In this document: positions 35,835-47,949 of the stretch, piece after piece
Layout of the letters: the number at the start of each line of letters is the position of its first letter
Numbering within the stretch: the stretch's first letter is position 1
NCBI RefSeq assembly: GCF_963921235.1
Contig: NC_086108.1
Span: forward strand, 11,346,001 to 11,410,000
Direction: 5' to 3'
DNA: 64,000 bases
Source: Mobula hypostoma
Taxonomy: Eukaryota
Made by a program: the position numbers and the translations under genes
Notes under the pieces: generated by a model
Databases searched by the model: none
Seen by the model: the letters and a program-made list of their open reading frames with translations, nothing else
What the model was told of the DNA's origin: nothing

Positions 35835-37420
35835 TTGAAAAGGAGGAAGGCAGCAGAAAGGAAATTATAGACCAATTAGCCTGACCTCAGAGGTTGGGAA
35901 GATGTTAGAGTCAATTGTTAAGGATGAGGTGATAGAGTACTTGGTAACACAGGACAAGACAGGACTAAGTCAGAATGGTTTTCTTAAGGGAAAATCCTGC
36001 CTGACGAACCTGTTGGAATTCTTTGAGGAGATTACAAGTAGAATAGATAAGGGGGATGCAGTGGAATGTATATTTGGACTTTCAGAAGGACTTTGACAAG
36101 ACGCCACACATGAGGCTGCTTACCAAGTTAAGGGCCCATGGTATTACAGGAAAGTTACGAACATGGTTAGAGAATTGCTGATTGGTAGGAGGCAGTGAGT
36201 GGGAATAAAAGGATCCTTGCCTGGTTGGCTGCCAGTGACTAGTGGTGCTCAGCAGGGGTGGGTTTGGGACCACTACTTTTTATGCTGTATATAAATGATA
36301 TAGATGATGGAATAGATGACTTTGTTGCCAAGTTTGCAGATGATATGAAGCTTGGTGGAGGGGCAGGTAGTGTTGAGGGTACAGATAGGATGCAGAGGAC
36401 TCAGACAGTTTAGGAGAATGGGCAAGAAAGTGGCAAATGAAATGTAGTGTTGGAAAATGCTTGATCATGCACTTTGGTAGTAGAAATAAATGTGCAGTCT
36501 GTTTTATAAATGGGGAGAAAATCCAAAAATCTGAGATGCAAAGGGACTTGGATCTACTTTGGATCCACTTTATTTCTCATACTCCACTCCGTGCATTCAT
36601 ATATAATACTTCTAATCCTTTTAAAGCAATACTTTTACTCCCCTCACCTTTCACATTGATTCCTATTGCACTTGGCCATACTCTCTGATCCCTTCCTGAG
36701 GAAAATTTTTCATTCACTTTCTTGTGCAGAACACCCTGAAGGTTAACTTGCAGGTTGAGTCGGTGGTGAGGATGGCAAATGCCATGTTAGCATTCATTTC
36801 AAGAGGTCTAGAATACAAGAGCAGCGATATGATGTTGAGGCTTTATAAGGCACTGGTGAGGCCTCACCTTGAGTATTGAGTATGGTTTTGGGCTTCTCAA
36901 CTTAGAAAAAGATGTGCTGGCATTGGAGAGGTCCAGAGGAGGTTCACAAGGATGATTCCGGGAATGAAAGGGTTGTCATACAAGGAACATTTGATGGCTC
37001 TGGGTCTGTACTCGCTGGAATTTAGAGGGGGGGGGGGATCTTATTGGAACCTTTCGAATGTTGAAAGGCCTAGACAGAGTAGATGTGGAAAGGATGTAGG
37101 ATGATTTAGGACAAGAGGGCACTGCCTCGGGATAGAAGGGCATCCATTTAAAACAGAGATACGGAGAAATTTCTTTAGCCAGAGGGTGGGTGAATTTGTG
37201 GAATTTGTTGCCACATGCAGCTGTGGAGGCCAGGTCGTTGGGTGTATTTAAAGCAGAGATTGATAGGTTCTTGATTGCACATGACATCAAAGGTTACGGA
37301 GAGAAAGCCAGGAAATGCAGTTGAGGAGGGAGGAGAAAAAGATTAGCCACGAATGTCGGAGCAGACTCGATGGGCGAAATGGCCTAATTCTACTCCTATG
37401 TCTTATGATGTTATGGTCTA
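35835..37420 (+). mobile_element. CR1 RT fragment to 3' end, with ~170-bp insert at 36551-36720
   Basis: NYRPISLTS, KSCLTNLLEFF, KFADD, CR1 3' UTR. Confidence 0.88.
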
Positions 37421-37569
37421 AAATATCCCATCACTTGTTCATTCAAACTGACTGTCTCGTTTAATACAGAGCACGTCCATCAGATTGTCTGGATGTGATG
37501 TCAGATTTGTTTCCCCCATCACCCAGTTGTCCCAAAACAAAATGCAGATTGAAGAGAACTGACACACTC

Positions 37570-38470
37570 TACTCCCTCAAACCTCACTACCTCCTCTCTC
37601 ACACCTCACTATCTCAACATTTCAAACCTCACTCTTCATTCCCTTGATCACTACCTCAAACACTTGAACCTCCCTTCCTTAGCCCCTCGAGGCATACTCC
37701 CTCACAACCTCACACCTCACCATCTCAGACTCTCAACGCAACTCGCTATCCCGTCAAACATTACTCCCTCACGCCCTTGATCTCTCATCACACGTCACCT
37801 CCTCAAACACTCGATCTCGCGTCACCTCACTTCACCTGATCTCTTGTAGTACGTCACCGCCTCACTCCCCCAATCTCCTTCGCCCATTCACCCTTCAATT
37901 TCTCGTCATCCGTCACATCACCACCCCCCTGATATCCAGTCAAAACTTACTCCCTCACCCTGTTGGACTCTTGTCACCACCTCACCCCCTCGATCTCCCA
38001 GCACCACCTCACCTCCTTGATCTCCCGTCACCCCCTCACCCCACTCAATCTCCCGTTACCACCTCATCCCCCTCAATCTCCCGTCACCTCCTTACCCCCT
38101 CAATCTCCTGTCACCACCTCATCCACTTGATCTCCCATCACCACCTCATCCTCCTTGATCTCCTATCACCTACTCACCCCCCTCGATCTCCTATCACTTG
38201 CTCACCCTCTCAATTTCTCATCAACTCCTCACCCCCTCAATTTCCTGCCACCTCCTCACATCCTGGATCTCCCACCTCCACCTCACCCCCCCTCGATCTC
38301 CCGTCACCACCTCAGTCCCTCGATCTCCCACCACCACCTCAGCCCCTCAATCTGTCATCACCACCTCAGCCCCTCGATCTGTCATCACCACGTCACCTCT
38401 CTCGAAGTCTTGATGCCTTTCAGCACCTCACACCCTCACTCTCTCATCCCCTCTCCCCTCCGTTGTCACC
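37570..38470. repeat. Pyrimidine-rich degenerate tandem repeat (~26-bp CCCCTCGATCTCCCGTCACCACCTCA-like unit)
   Basis: Read directly. Confidence 0.85.
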
Positions 38471-39079
38471 CTGAAAGCACATAACATACCCTCAAGGGCT
38501 GCCTCTCAACCTTGTTAAAACAAGTGTTAAATGGTTCCCTAACAACAGGAGGTAGACTCTTGGCCCCATAATCTACCCCTCTGTGATCTTGTACTTCGAG
38601 GTCTACACGCACTGTCCCTCCTCTGTCGCTGTTACACTTTATTCTACATTCTGTTATTGTTTTACCTTGCTCTGCCTCAATGCACTGTGTAATGATCTGA
38701 TCTGTACGAACAGTATGCAAGGCAAGCTTTCCTCAGTACATGTGACAATAATAAACCAATTTCAATTCCAAATCCAGTTCCTTCCTGTACTCCCTTGACA
38801 TCTCTCTCATCTTCCCCAAAGCCCACTATCTACAAACTTGGACACATTAAGCAAGATCCCCTTACCAAAGTTGTGAACCTGCTTATCGCAGTCTCCCATC
38901 AGCAATATAATGCCCTTTCATATCCCTGCCTCCTGCACATTAAACATGTCTGAGCGCACTAGGAATGGCCTCGGGACAGATTGCTGGGAGCTGTGTATCT
39001 GGTGGTTTCAAGGTTAGATAGAGCATGGCAGAGATCATGCTGCATAACTTTAGCTGGAAGAATTTATTTTCCATCTGTT

Positions 39080-39402
39080 GGACCATAAGACATAAAAGCA
39101 GAGTTAGGCTATTTGGCCTATCTATTCTGTTCCCACAATTACATCATGGCTAATTTCATTATCCCTTTCAACCCCATTCTCCTGGCTTCTACCTCTAACC
39201 TTTGAAAACCCTGACGAAGCAAGAACTTATATCAACCTCAGTTTTGAGTATACCCAATGATTTGGCCTTCCCATCCGCCTGTGGCAATGAATTCTACTGA
39301 TTCACTACCTCTGGCTGAAGAAATTCCCCCTCTCTCTTTTCAAAAGGAATGTGCTTGTATTCTAAGGCTGTGCCCCGCTGGCCCTAGGACTCTCCCACCA
39401 TA
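39080..39402 (-). mobile_element. CR1 3'-end fragment
   Basis: Reverse complement of the CR1 3' end; CCATAAGACATA tail. Confidence 0.75.
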
Positions 39403-39404
39403 AC

Positions 39405-39917
39405 CTCATTAGTACCAAAAAATTGATTGTGTACTTCAGAAAGGGTAAGATGCAGCAACACACATCAGACCTCACAGAGGGATCAGAAGTGGAAAGAGTG
39501 AGCAGTTTCAAGTTCCTGGGTGTCAATATCTCTGATGATCAATCCTGGACCCAACATATCGATGGAGCTACAAAAGGAGGCACGACAGTGGCTATATTTC
39601 ATTAGGCGTTAAAGCCGGTGTCGATCATCAAGGACCCCCATCACCCTATCCATGCCTTGTTCTCATTGCTACCATCAGGAAGGGGATACAGAAGCCTAAG
39701 GACACACACTCAGCGATTCAGGAACAGCTCCTTCCCCTCCGCCATCTTGATTTCTGAATGGACATTGAATCCATTGAACACCACCGAACTACTAATTTAA
39801 CTTGTACACACTTCTTACTGTAATTTACAGTTTATATTTTTATATATTGCAATCTACTGCTGCATAATAACAAGTTCATGACAGATGTCGGTGATATTAA
39901 ACCAGATTCTGATTCTA
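39405..39917 (+). mobile_element. Rex1-type 3' fragment
   Basis: VERVSSFKFLGVNISDD, SIIKDPHHP...LLPSGRGYRS; GATTCT tail. Confidence 0.8.
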
Positions 39918-39951
39918 TGGCTTAGCTGATTCATAAGTCCAGGACAGTCAT

Positions 39952-41125
39952 ATTTTCAAAAGGCTTTTAGCAAGGTCCCACACAGGAGATTAATGTGCAA
40001 ACTTAAAGCACACGGTATTGGGCGTAAGGTATTGATGTGGATAGAGAGTTGGTTGGCAGACAGGAAGCAAAGAGTGGGAATAAACGGGACCTTTTCAGAA
40101 TGGCAGGCAGTGACTAGTGGGGTACCGCAAGGCTCAGTGCTGGGACCCCAGTTGCTTACAATATATATATTAATGACTTGGATCAGGGAATTAAATGCAG
40201 CATCTCCAAGTTTGCGGATGACACGAAGCTGGGCGGCAGTGTTAGCTGTGAGGAGGATGCTAAGAGGATGCAGGGTGACTTGGATAGGTTAGGTGAGTGG
40301 GCAAATTCATGGCAGATGCAATTTAATATGGATAAATGTGAAGTTATCCACTTTGGTGGCAAAAACAGGAAAACAGATTATTATCTGAATGGTGGCCGAT
40401 TAGGAAAAGGGGAGGTGCAACAAGACCTGGGTGTCATTATACACCAGTCATTGAAAGTGGGCATGCAGGTACAGCAGGCGGTGAAAAAGGCGAATGGTAT
40501 GCTGGCATTTATAGCAAGAGGATTCGAGTACAGGAGCAGGGAGGTACTACTGCAGTTGTACAAGGCCTTGGTGAGACCACACCTGGAGTATTGTGTGCAG
40601 TTTTGGTCCCCTAATCTGAGGAAAGACATCCTTGCCATAAAGGGAGTACAAAGAAGATTCACCAGATTGATTCCTGGGATGGTAGGACTTTCATATGATG
40701 AAAGACTGCATGAACTAGGCTTATACTCGTTGGAATTTAGAAGATTGAGGGGGGATCTGATTGAAACGTATAAAATCCTAAAGGGATTGGACAGGCTAGA
40801 TGCAGGAAGATTGTTCCCCAACGAGGGGTCACAGTTTGAGGATAAGGGGGAAGCCTTTTTAGGACCGAGATTAGGAAAAACTTCTTCACACAGAGAGTGG
40901 TGAATCTGTGGAATTCTCTGCCACAGGAAACAGTTGAGGCCAGTTCATTGGCTATATTTAAGAGGGAGTTAGATATGGCCCTTGTGGCTAAAGGGATCAC
41001 GGGGTATGGAGGGAAGGCTGATGCAGAGTTCTGAGTTGGATGATCAGCCATGATCATACTGAATGGCGGTGCAGGCTCGAAGGGCCGAATGGCCTACTCC
41101 TGCACCTATTTTCTATGTTTCTATG
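39952..41125 (+). mobile_element. CR1 RT 3' fragment (relatively young)
   Basis: SGVPQGSVLGP, KFADDTKL, RPHLEYC; TTTCTATG tail. Confidence 0.92.
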
Positions 41126-41620
41126 ATGGTCAGACCCTCTTTGGCAGCTTCTGCAGTTCCCCTGCAGAAGGTTTCGTTTTACAGCCCATCATTACTTGGA
41201 ACTATCCTGCTGTGAGTTCTCTCCACTGCCTGGGAAGGAAGTGTACCGTGTGATGATTCAGACAAGAATAATTCCTTTTGAACGAAGGACAAGCTCACAA
41301 TCAGGACACAGTGGGTGAGCAGGAAGGCTGCTGAGGGAGTTCAGGCAGCCTCTAACTACTCTCTCTGTCTCTTGTGCTCTCACCACTCACTCACACAATA
41401 TGAAGTTACACACAAATAAGCTCTCTGCCCTTTCTCAACAGGAAGGTGCCAGGAGGGGTTATAACTGCGTCCAGTTAATGCCGGAGTGGTTCATTGTGAA
41501 ATGTCAGTGTTTAATATGGAGGCTTATTTTAAAGTTGGCATTTTGCAGTGATACCTGTAAAGTAAGAAGGTTTGAGAGACATTGCTGCTGGAGGGGGTTT
41601 CTGACAGTAATATTGACTGT

Positions 41621-42410
41621 TTCAAAGTTCAAAGTACATTTATTATCAAAGTATGTATACATTACACACACTTGAGATTCATCTCCTTATAGGCAGCCAC
41701 AAAACAAAGAAACACAACAGAACCCATTAAAACAAAATAAAACCATCAAACACCCAATATGCAAACAAAACAAATCAATAAATCCTGCAACAATAAGTCG
41801 GCAAATAACATACAGAAATTAAGTTCACAAAAGTCAGTCACAGCCACAAAGCCAGTCATCACTGCAGATGATTTGGAACACGTTAGTTGTAGGCCACAGC
41901 CTTAGTTTAGCACAGAGACGAGTATACGTCACGGAGCAGTGAGATGAACCCCACCCTGTCTCTCGCTCCTGGCCCAAACTTCCTGGCCTGGCGCTTAAAT
42001 CATCCTAACCTTGGCTTGTTCCTCACTTCAGGTCCTGGGTCCTGTTGCTTCAACACACTCTCTGCCTCAATTCGGCCTGTGCCCAACCTTTCTAATCTGG
42101 CCCGGTGCTTCAATCGGTCAAACTTTGGCTTGCTCCTTGCTCTCGGGTCTGGGACCCGCCGTCTCAACTCTGCCTCACGTTGGTTCTGCCACTTCAACTT
42201 GGCTCCAAGTCTGCACCAGCAATGGCATTCAATGCCTTGTTCCTTGTTCTTGGGTCCAGGACCCAGTGCCCTGAATCAGCCGGTATATATTGCACTGCAT
42301 CTGTCCTGCACGCTCAAGACCTCAGTTCACACTGCAAAAATGCCTGGTGGTACAGGCAGTGCAAAAGCTCAACTCTGAAGGGGAAGTTACAAGCTACTGA
42401 TTGCTGTGAT
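41621..42410 (-). mobile_element. Family X non-autonomous retroposon
   Basis: Colinear with 53085-53880. Confidence 0.7.
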
Positions 42411-43662
42411 GGTACAACTCCCCACAGGCTACAGGGGGAATTGAACCTGGGTCGCTGGTACCGTAAAGTGTTGTGGTACCCTCCATGCTACTGTGCCACA
42501 CCCACTTGGCAAATGTGATAAAATGGAGAAGTTGTTTTCTTCGCTGCTTAAACTAGATCCAGAAGACAGAAGTATAAGGCGGTCCCTAATTAAACCTAAG
42601 GCTCTAGAACAACTAGGCTTTAGGGAGGGTGGAACTCCCTCCTCGGGGCAGGATGGGAATGAAATGAAATCAGTGAATTTTGAGTCAACAGAGTGAAGAG
42701 AATGATTGGTAAATCGGTAACTCACTGCTCATTACACCACCGGTGTTTAGGACATATGACGAAAGAGGGTTACAAAAGTACACATAGACTAAGATGTTAA
42801 CTGTCCTGTGCTAGCACCAGTGGGATCAACAGTTGATCTGCCACCTGTCTTCAGGAGAGAGAGATAAGGAAGACAATGGAGCAGCATTTGGAAATGTTAA
42901 TGAAGAGGTGAGAGAGTTTAACGGAAGGAGACACCGGTCTGAGTATTGTCAAGACCAGCTCCTTTTGAACCCTGAACTGTTTGAAGTGTGATGGGCAGGC
43001 GATACCCCAGCAGGGGGATAAAAAGAGGCAGGTTCGCTAAGACACCACACACACGACACCACGAGGTAACGAGACCCTGGAAGCAGCGCGCCCCCACAAG
43101 TCGGTGGGAGTTTTGGAGGTCTGGTTGCGGTATACACGCACAGCCATAGACGCACAGGGTGGAAAGATACGGTCGGCGGGAACCTGGTGTGTGTCCGCCC
43201 TTGCCTGAGTGCCGGATTCACCGCCGAAGAACGATCGTGTCTGGAACGGAGGGGTCACAGTCGGTGACCTCAGATGACATTACAAAGGGCTCGCCTGAAA
43301 GCTAACTGCGAGGAATATCGAAGGTCTGTTTGGAATCCGATTTGCATATTCATTCGTTCTCTCTCTCTCTCTCTCCAACGGCACGACGGCGATTACTGCG
43401 AACTGAACTAAACTGAACTCTATCACTTGTGATTGATCATCTTACCCCTAGACTACGATAGAGCTTGATTGACCCTATTATCCTAGTTCTGTGTACATGT
43501 GTGTTTATTCATTGCTAACCTGTTGCATTTATATCCTTACTATTAGAGTACTGTGTTGCTTATTTCTTTAATAAAACTTTCTTAGTTCCAGTAATCCAGA
43601 CTCCAACTGAGTGGTCCATTTCTGCTGGTTTGGCAACCCAGTTACAGGGTACATAACATAAG

Positions 43663-43689
43663 TGGGGTTCTCGTCCGCGAATTTGAACG
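43663..43689 (+). promoter_or_regulatory. Primer-binding site complementary to tRNA-Pro 3' end
   Basis: TGGGGTTCTCGTCCGCGAATTTGAAC resembles the canonical TGGGGGCTCGTCCGGGATTTGAAC. Confidence 0.8.
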
Positions 43690-43757
43690 CTAAATTTGGG
43701 ACGGAGTAAATTGATTGGGTTAAAATTCCCGAAAGAAAGAAAAGGCAAACAGCAGAA

Positions 43758-46670
43758 ATGGAGATTGAGGAATTTCTAAAGACGCCGACCTTGGAGGCAT
43801 TAGAGGATGCCAGGAAAGCGGAATTGGCAGCTGTGGCCAAACGGTTGAATCTTGTTAAGGGAAAGTCGACAATGAGGAGAGAGGAGATACACAGAGCTAT
43901 CGTAGAGCACTATGTATCTAAAGGTGTGTTTCCCCAAGGGGAGCTGGAGGTGGTATCAATGGGAAAACCTGGTGGAGACGCAGTACAGGTGCAGATTGAA
44001 AAACTGAGACTCAAGCACGAGTTCCGGGTGCGGCAGCTAGAACACGAAGAGAGACAGTTAGAACGGCAAGAGAGAGAGAGAGACAGTTAGAACGGCAAGA
44101 GAGAGAGAGGGACAAGCAGTTGGAGCGAGAAGAGAAACAGAGGGAAAGGGAATTCGAGCTGGAGAGGTTAAAGATGGTGGCAGAGCAGGGGCCCATGCCG
44201 AACCAAGGTGGAGGGTTCAGGGCGACCCAGGAGGTTAGGCTGGTTCCCCCATTTGACGATACTGATGTGGATTGGTACTTTCTCCATTTCGAAAAAGTTG
44301 CTACAAGTCAGGACTGGCCGAGGGATAAGTGGGCTGTTTTGCTTCAGAGTGTGCTTAAAGGGAAAGCCCAGCAAGCTTACTCGGCTTTGTCCGCGGAAGA
44401 TGCCCAGAGGTTCGAGGTGGTGAAAGAGGCCATCCTCAGGATTTATGAGTTGGTCCCGGAGGCATACCGGTAGAGGTTCCGGAATGCGAGGGAACAGTGG
44501 GACCGCACGTATTTAGAGTTTGCCCGTGAGATGCAGACATATTGTGAGCGTTGGTGCGCCTCGAAGGGGGTAAATGGGGATTATGATGGACTGCTACAGC
44601 TGATCCTGATTGAGCAGTTTAAAGGTTGTGTCCCTGAATGTATGAGACCCTACCTAGATGAGAAAGAGGCAGCCACGTTAGCCGCAACTGCTAAGTTAGC
44701 AGATGAGTACGCGTTGAAGCATAAAATGAAGTTTTCCCCGAGTAAAGGCTACTAGAAGGGTAGTCAGGATGGCGGGGAGAGTCCGCCAGAAAAGTCAGTA
44801 AGTACGCCGGGGACTAGTGAGAAGGATAAGGTAGACCGGGAGCAGTCTGGTAGGAAGTCTCCTGGGGTCATCTGTTATAATTGTGGGAAAGTCGGACACT
44901 TTGCGTCCAGGTGCTTTGCCCCAAAGAAGGAGACGGGGAAAGGAAAAACGGCGATTTCGACTGGCTGTATTGGGCTGGTAAACAAACCGCTAGGAGAGGA
45001 CAGGTCTGCCAAAGTTCAGGAAGGGCATGAGAGGTTTATCTCGGTCGGATTGGTGTCGGTGAAGGAGGGGTTAAACCCAGTTCCAGTATGGATCTGGAGA
45101 GACATGGGAGCATGTCAGTCATTGATATTGAAGAGTGTGTTAGAGTTTAGTTCAGAGACCCAGACTGGGGAGGTCAGGGTTAAAGGTATTGGAAAAGGGA
45201 CTGAAGCCGTGCCTTTGCACCAGATACACCTACAAAGCGACTTGATCTCTGGACCAGTCACGATCGGGGTGAGACCCGAACTACCGATGAAAGACGTGGA
45301 GGTCTTACTTGGTAATGACCTTGCGGGGGGAATTGTGTTCCCAGCAGTGAGATTGACAGGTCAGCCTGCCAGCATTGAGGCCCCGCCCATGGACTCACAG
45401 GTTTATCCTGTTTGCGCAGTGACTCGCTGTGTGTCCAGAGAGACTGCTGAGACGTTTCTACCAGCCTTGTACGAGGAGGGGGTAGAAAGTGAAAAGAAGG
45501 AGCGTAATGAAACAGGAGGAAGTGGGGAAACTAAGGTAGATTTATCATTAGAAAAGAAGGACTTTATACAGGCACAGGAGCGAGACGAGGAAACAGCTCT
45601 CTGTGAAACAGAATTAGGAAGGGAGCCAGTGAATTATGGTGTGAAGGGGAAGGTGCTAAGGAAGGAAGGAAGACCAAGTACCGCAGATGAGGAATGGGGG
45701 GTGGTGCAAAAGAGTTATGGGGATGAGATTTTTAACCTGGCCCACAAGGTACCCCTCGGTGGACATTTTGAGGTGCTGAAGGAAACAGTCGGCGGAGCCA
45801 TGAGAGAATTTTTCTGGCTGCACAGGAGGAAGGATGTTATTGATTATTGCAGACGCGAACTGAGACGGTCACAGGCTTTTGATATGCTAACAAACCTAGT
45901 CGGTGTTAGCGCGGAAATCAATGAAGCTAGGGTGCCACCTGATAAAGGGAAAACCCATTTTGAAAAGATGAGTATGGTACCGACCAGATGGGAGAAGGCT
46001 ATTGTTTTGCTGATAAGGTCTCTCCCTTAATCCCCGAACAAAGCGACCCTTTAGGAGAGCTAATTAAACGGCTCGCACACGTGTGTTTGATTGTCCCGAG
46101 GCGATGCAAAGAACTGGGACGTTGGGTGGTGTTTGTTACGTTAGGTTAGCCTAGTGAGCAACAACCCTATAGAATGAGTAATTCAGTGATGAAAGGGCTA
46201 AAGAACACATACGGCTGTCTGAAGCCAGCTTGATAGTGGACCTTGAAAAAAATGAGTTCGGCCACACGAAGGTCACTTATCTGGGAATTGTGGTGACACA
46301 GGGGCAGCTGGCGGCGATGCAAGCTAAGGTGCGGGCTATCTCTGACATCTCAACCCCGACAGACAAGAGGGCCCTCAGAAGGCTCTTGGAGATGGTGGGG
46401 TACTGTAGGAAGTTTTGCAATAACTTTGCGAGTACTACCCCTCCCCCTCCTACTAAGCCTTTGCGAAAGAAAACTAAGTTGGGATGGGATGACCCTTGTT
46501 ATCGTGGTCCGGGACGAAACCCAATGAGAGGTTACACTGATCACAATTCATCAGTGTTTTCGGCCACTATGAAGTTTGCTAAGTTGAAGCCTGGTATAGA
46601 GGATTATTAAAATAACACGTATAAAAGGGGCAGAAAATGTGATTGCTGACTGTCTGTCCAGGTGTTGACA
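43758..46670 (+). pseudogene. gag-pol remnant: SCAN-like capsid, CCHC knuckle, protease, fragments of integrase, RT and RNase H
   Basis: PEAYR*RFR...LILIEQF...LADEY; CYNCGKVGHFASRC at 44873-44914; RDMGACQSLI...LLGNDL; LAHKVPLGGH...FFW...DYCR; VTYLG...VGYCRKF; YTDHN; IKGAENVIADCLSR. Frameshift and stops present. Confidence 0.9.
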
Positions 46671-47690
46671 ACTTAAAAAGTCTCTGTATTAGCCAAATAG
46701 CTGATGAAGATGTATATTTGTGCGTATCTAATAATGTATTCATGCTTGTAAATTTTACCCTGGTAAAAATCCTTAAAAGGGAGGGGTGTGACCAAAGAGA
46801 GTTACAAAAGTACACATAGACTAAGATGTTAACTGTCCTGTGCTGGCACCAGTGGGATTAACAGTTGATCTGCCACCTGTCTTCAGGAGAGAGAGATAAG
46901 GAAGACAATGGAGCAGCATTTGGAAATGTTAATGAAGAGACGAGAGAGTTTAACGGAAGGAGACACCGGTCTGAGTATTGTCAAGACCAGCTCCTTTTGA
47001 ACCCTGAACTGTTTGAAGTGTGATGGGCAGGCGATACCCCAGCAGGGGGATAAAAAGAGGTAGGTTCGCTAGGACACCACACACACGACACCACGAGGTA
47101 ACGAGACCCTGGAAGCAGCGTGCCCCCACAAGTCGGTGGGAGTTTTGGAGGTCTGATCGTGGTATAGACGCACAGCCATAGACGCACAGGGTGGAAAGAT
47201 ACGGTCGGCGGGAACCTGGTGTGTGTCCGCCCTTGCCTGGGTGCCGGGTTCACCGCCGAAGAACGATCGTGCCTGGAAGGGAGGGATCACAGTCGGTGAC
47301 CTCAGAAGACATTACAAAGGGCTCGCCTGAAAGCTAACTGCGAGGAATATCGAAGGTCTGTTTGGAATCCGATTTGCATATTCATTCGTTCTCTCTCTCT
47401 CTCTCCAACGGCACGACGGCGATTACTGCGAACTGAACTAAACTGAACTCTGTCACTTGTGATTGATCATCTTACCCCTAGACTACGATAGAGCTTGATT
47501 GACCCTATTATCCTAGTTCTATGTACGTGTGTTTATTCATTGCTAACCTGTTGCATTTATATCCTTACTATTGGAGTACTGTGTTACTTATTTCTTTAAT
47601 AAAACTTTTTTAGTTCCAGTAATCCAGACTCCAACTGAGTGGTCCATTTCTGCTGGTTTGGCAACCCAGTTACGGGGTACATAACAGACA

Positions 47691-47948
47691 ACAATGAAGG
47701 TCCACCATCTCTGTCTGTCCTAAGCCACTCAGATGTAGAAGGATTCTTCATTGGTGTTTCCATAACAATTGTTAGCCCTGAGCTGAACCCCCAAACCTAG
47801 AGGGCCAGTGGATCACTCTTAGCCTAGCCTCTACCCTTTGACCCGTTTGGTATGGGTGACCCTACCAAGAACCAAAGCAGAAAGCCCTGACTCCACCCAA
47901 CATAGCTCTCTGGGTCATTGGAGCATGCAAGTCTCCAAATCCAAGAGG
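47691..47948. mobile_element. RTE-related short interspersed repeat (host of the Gmr1-like insertion); second copy at ~52470-52705
   Basis: GTTAGCCCTGAGCTGAACCCCCAAACCT...CTCTACCCTTTGACC...AAAGCCCTGACTCC shared between the two sites. RTE affinity is inferred. Confidence 0.55.
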
Positions 47949-47949
47949 T

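Larger units (their letters stand above)
42755..47686 (+). mobile_element. Gmr1-like Gypsy LTR retrotransposon, internally deleted
   Basis: LTRs 42755-43658 and 46787-47686 (highly similar); 4-bp TSD GACA (42751-42754, 47687-47690); tRNA-Pro-like PBS; PPT AAAAGGGAGGGG at 46775-46786. Confidence 0.95.

Noticed and set aside
37971..38484. Pro/Ser/His-rich ORFs
   Set aside because: Translation of a C/T-rich degenerate repeat.
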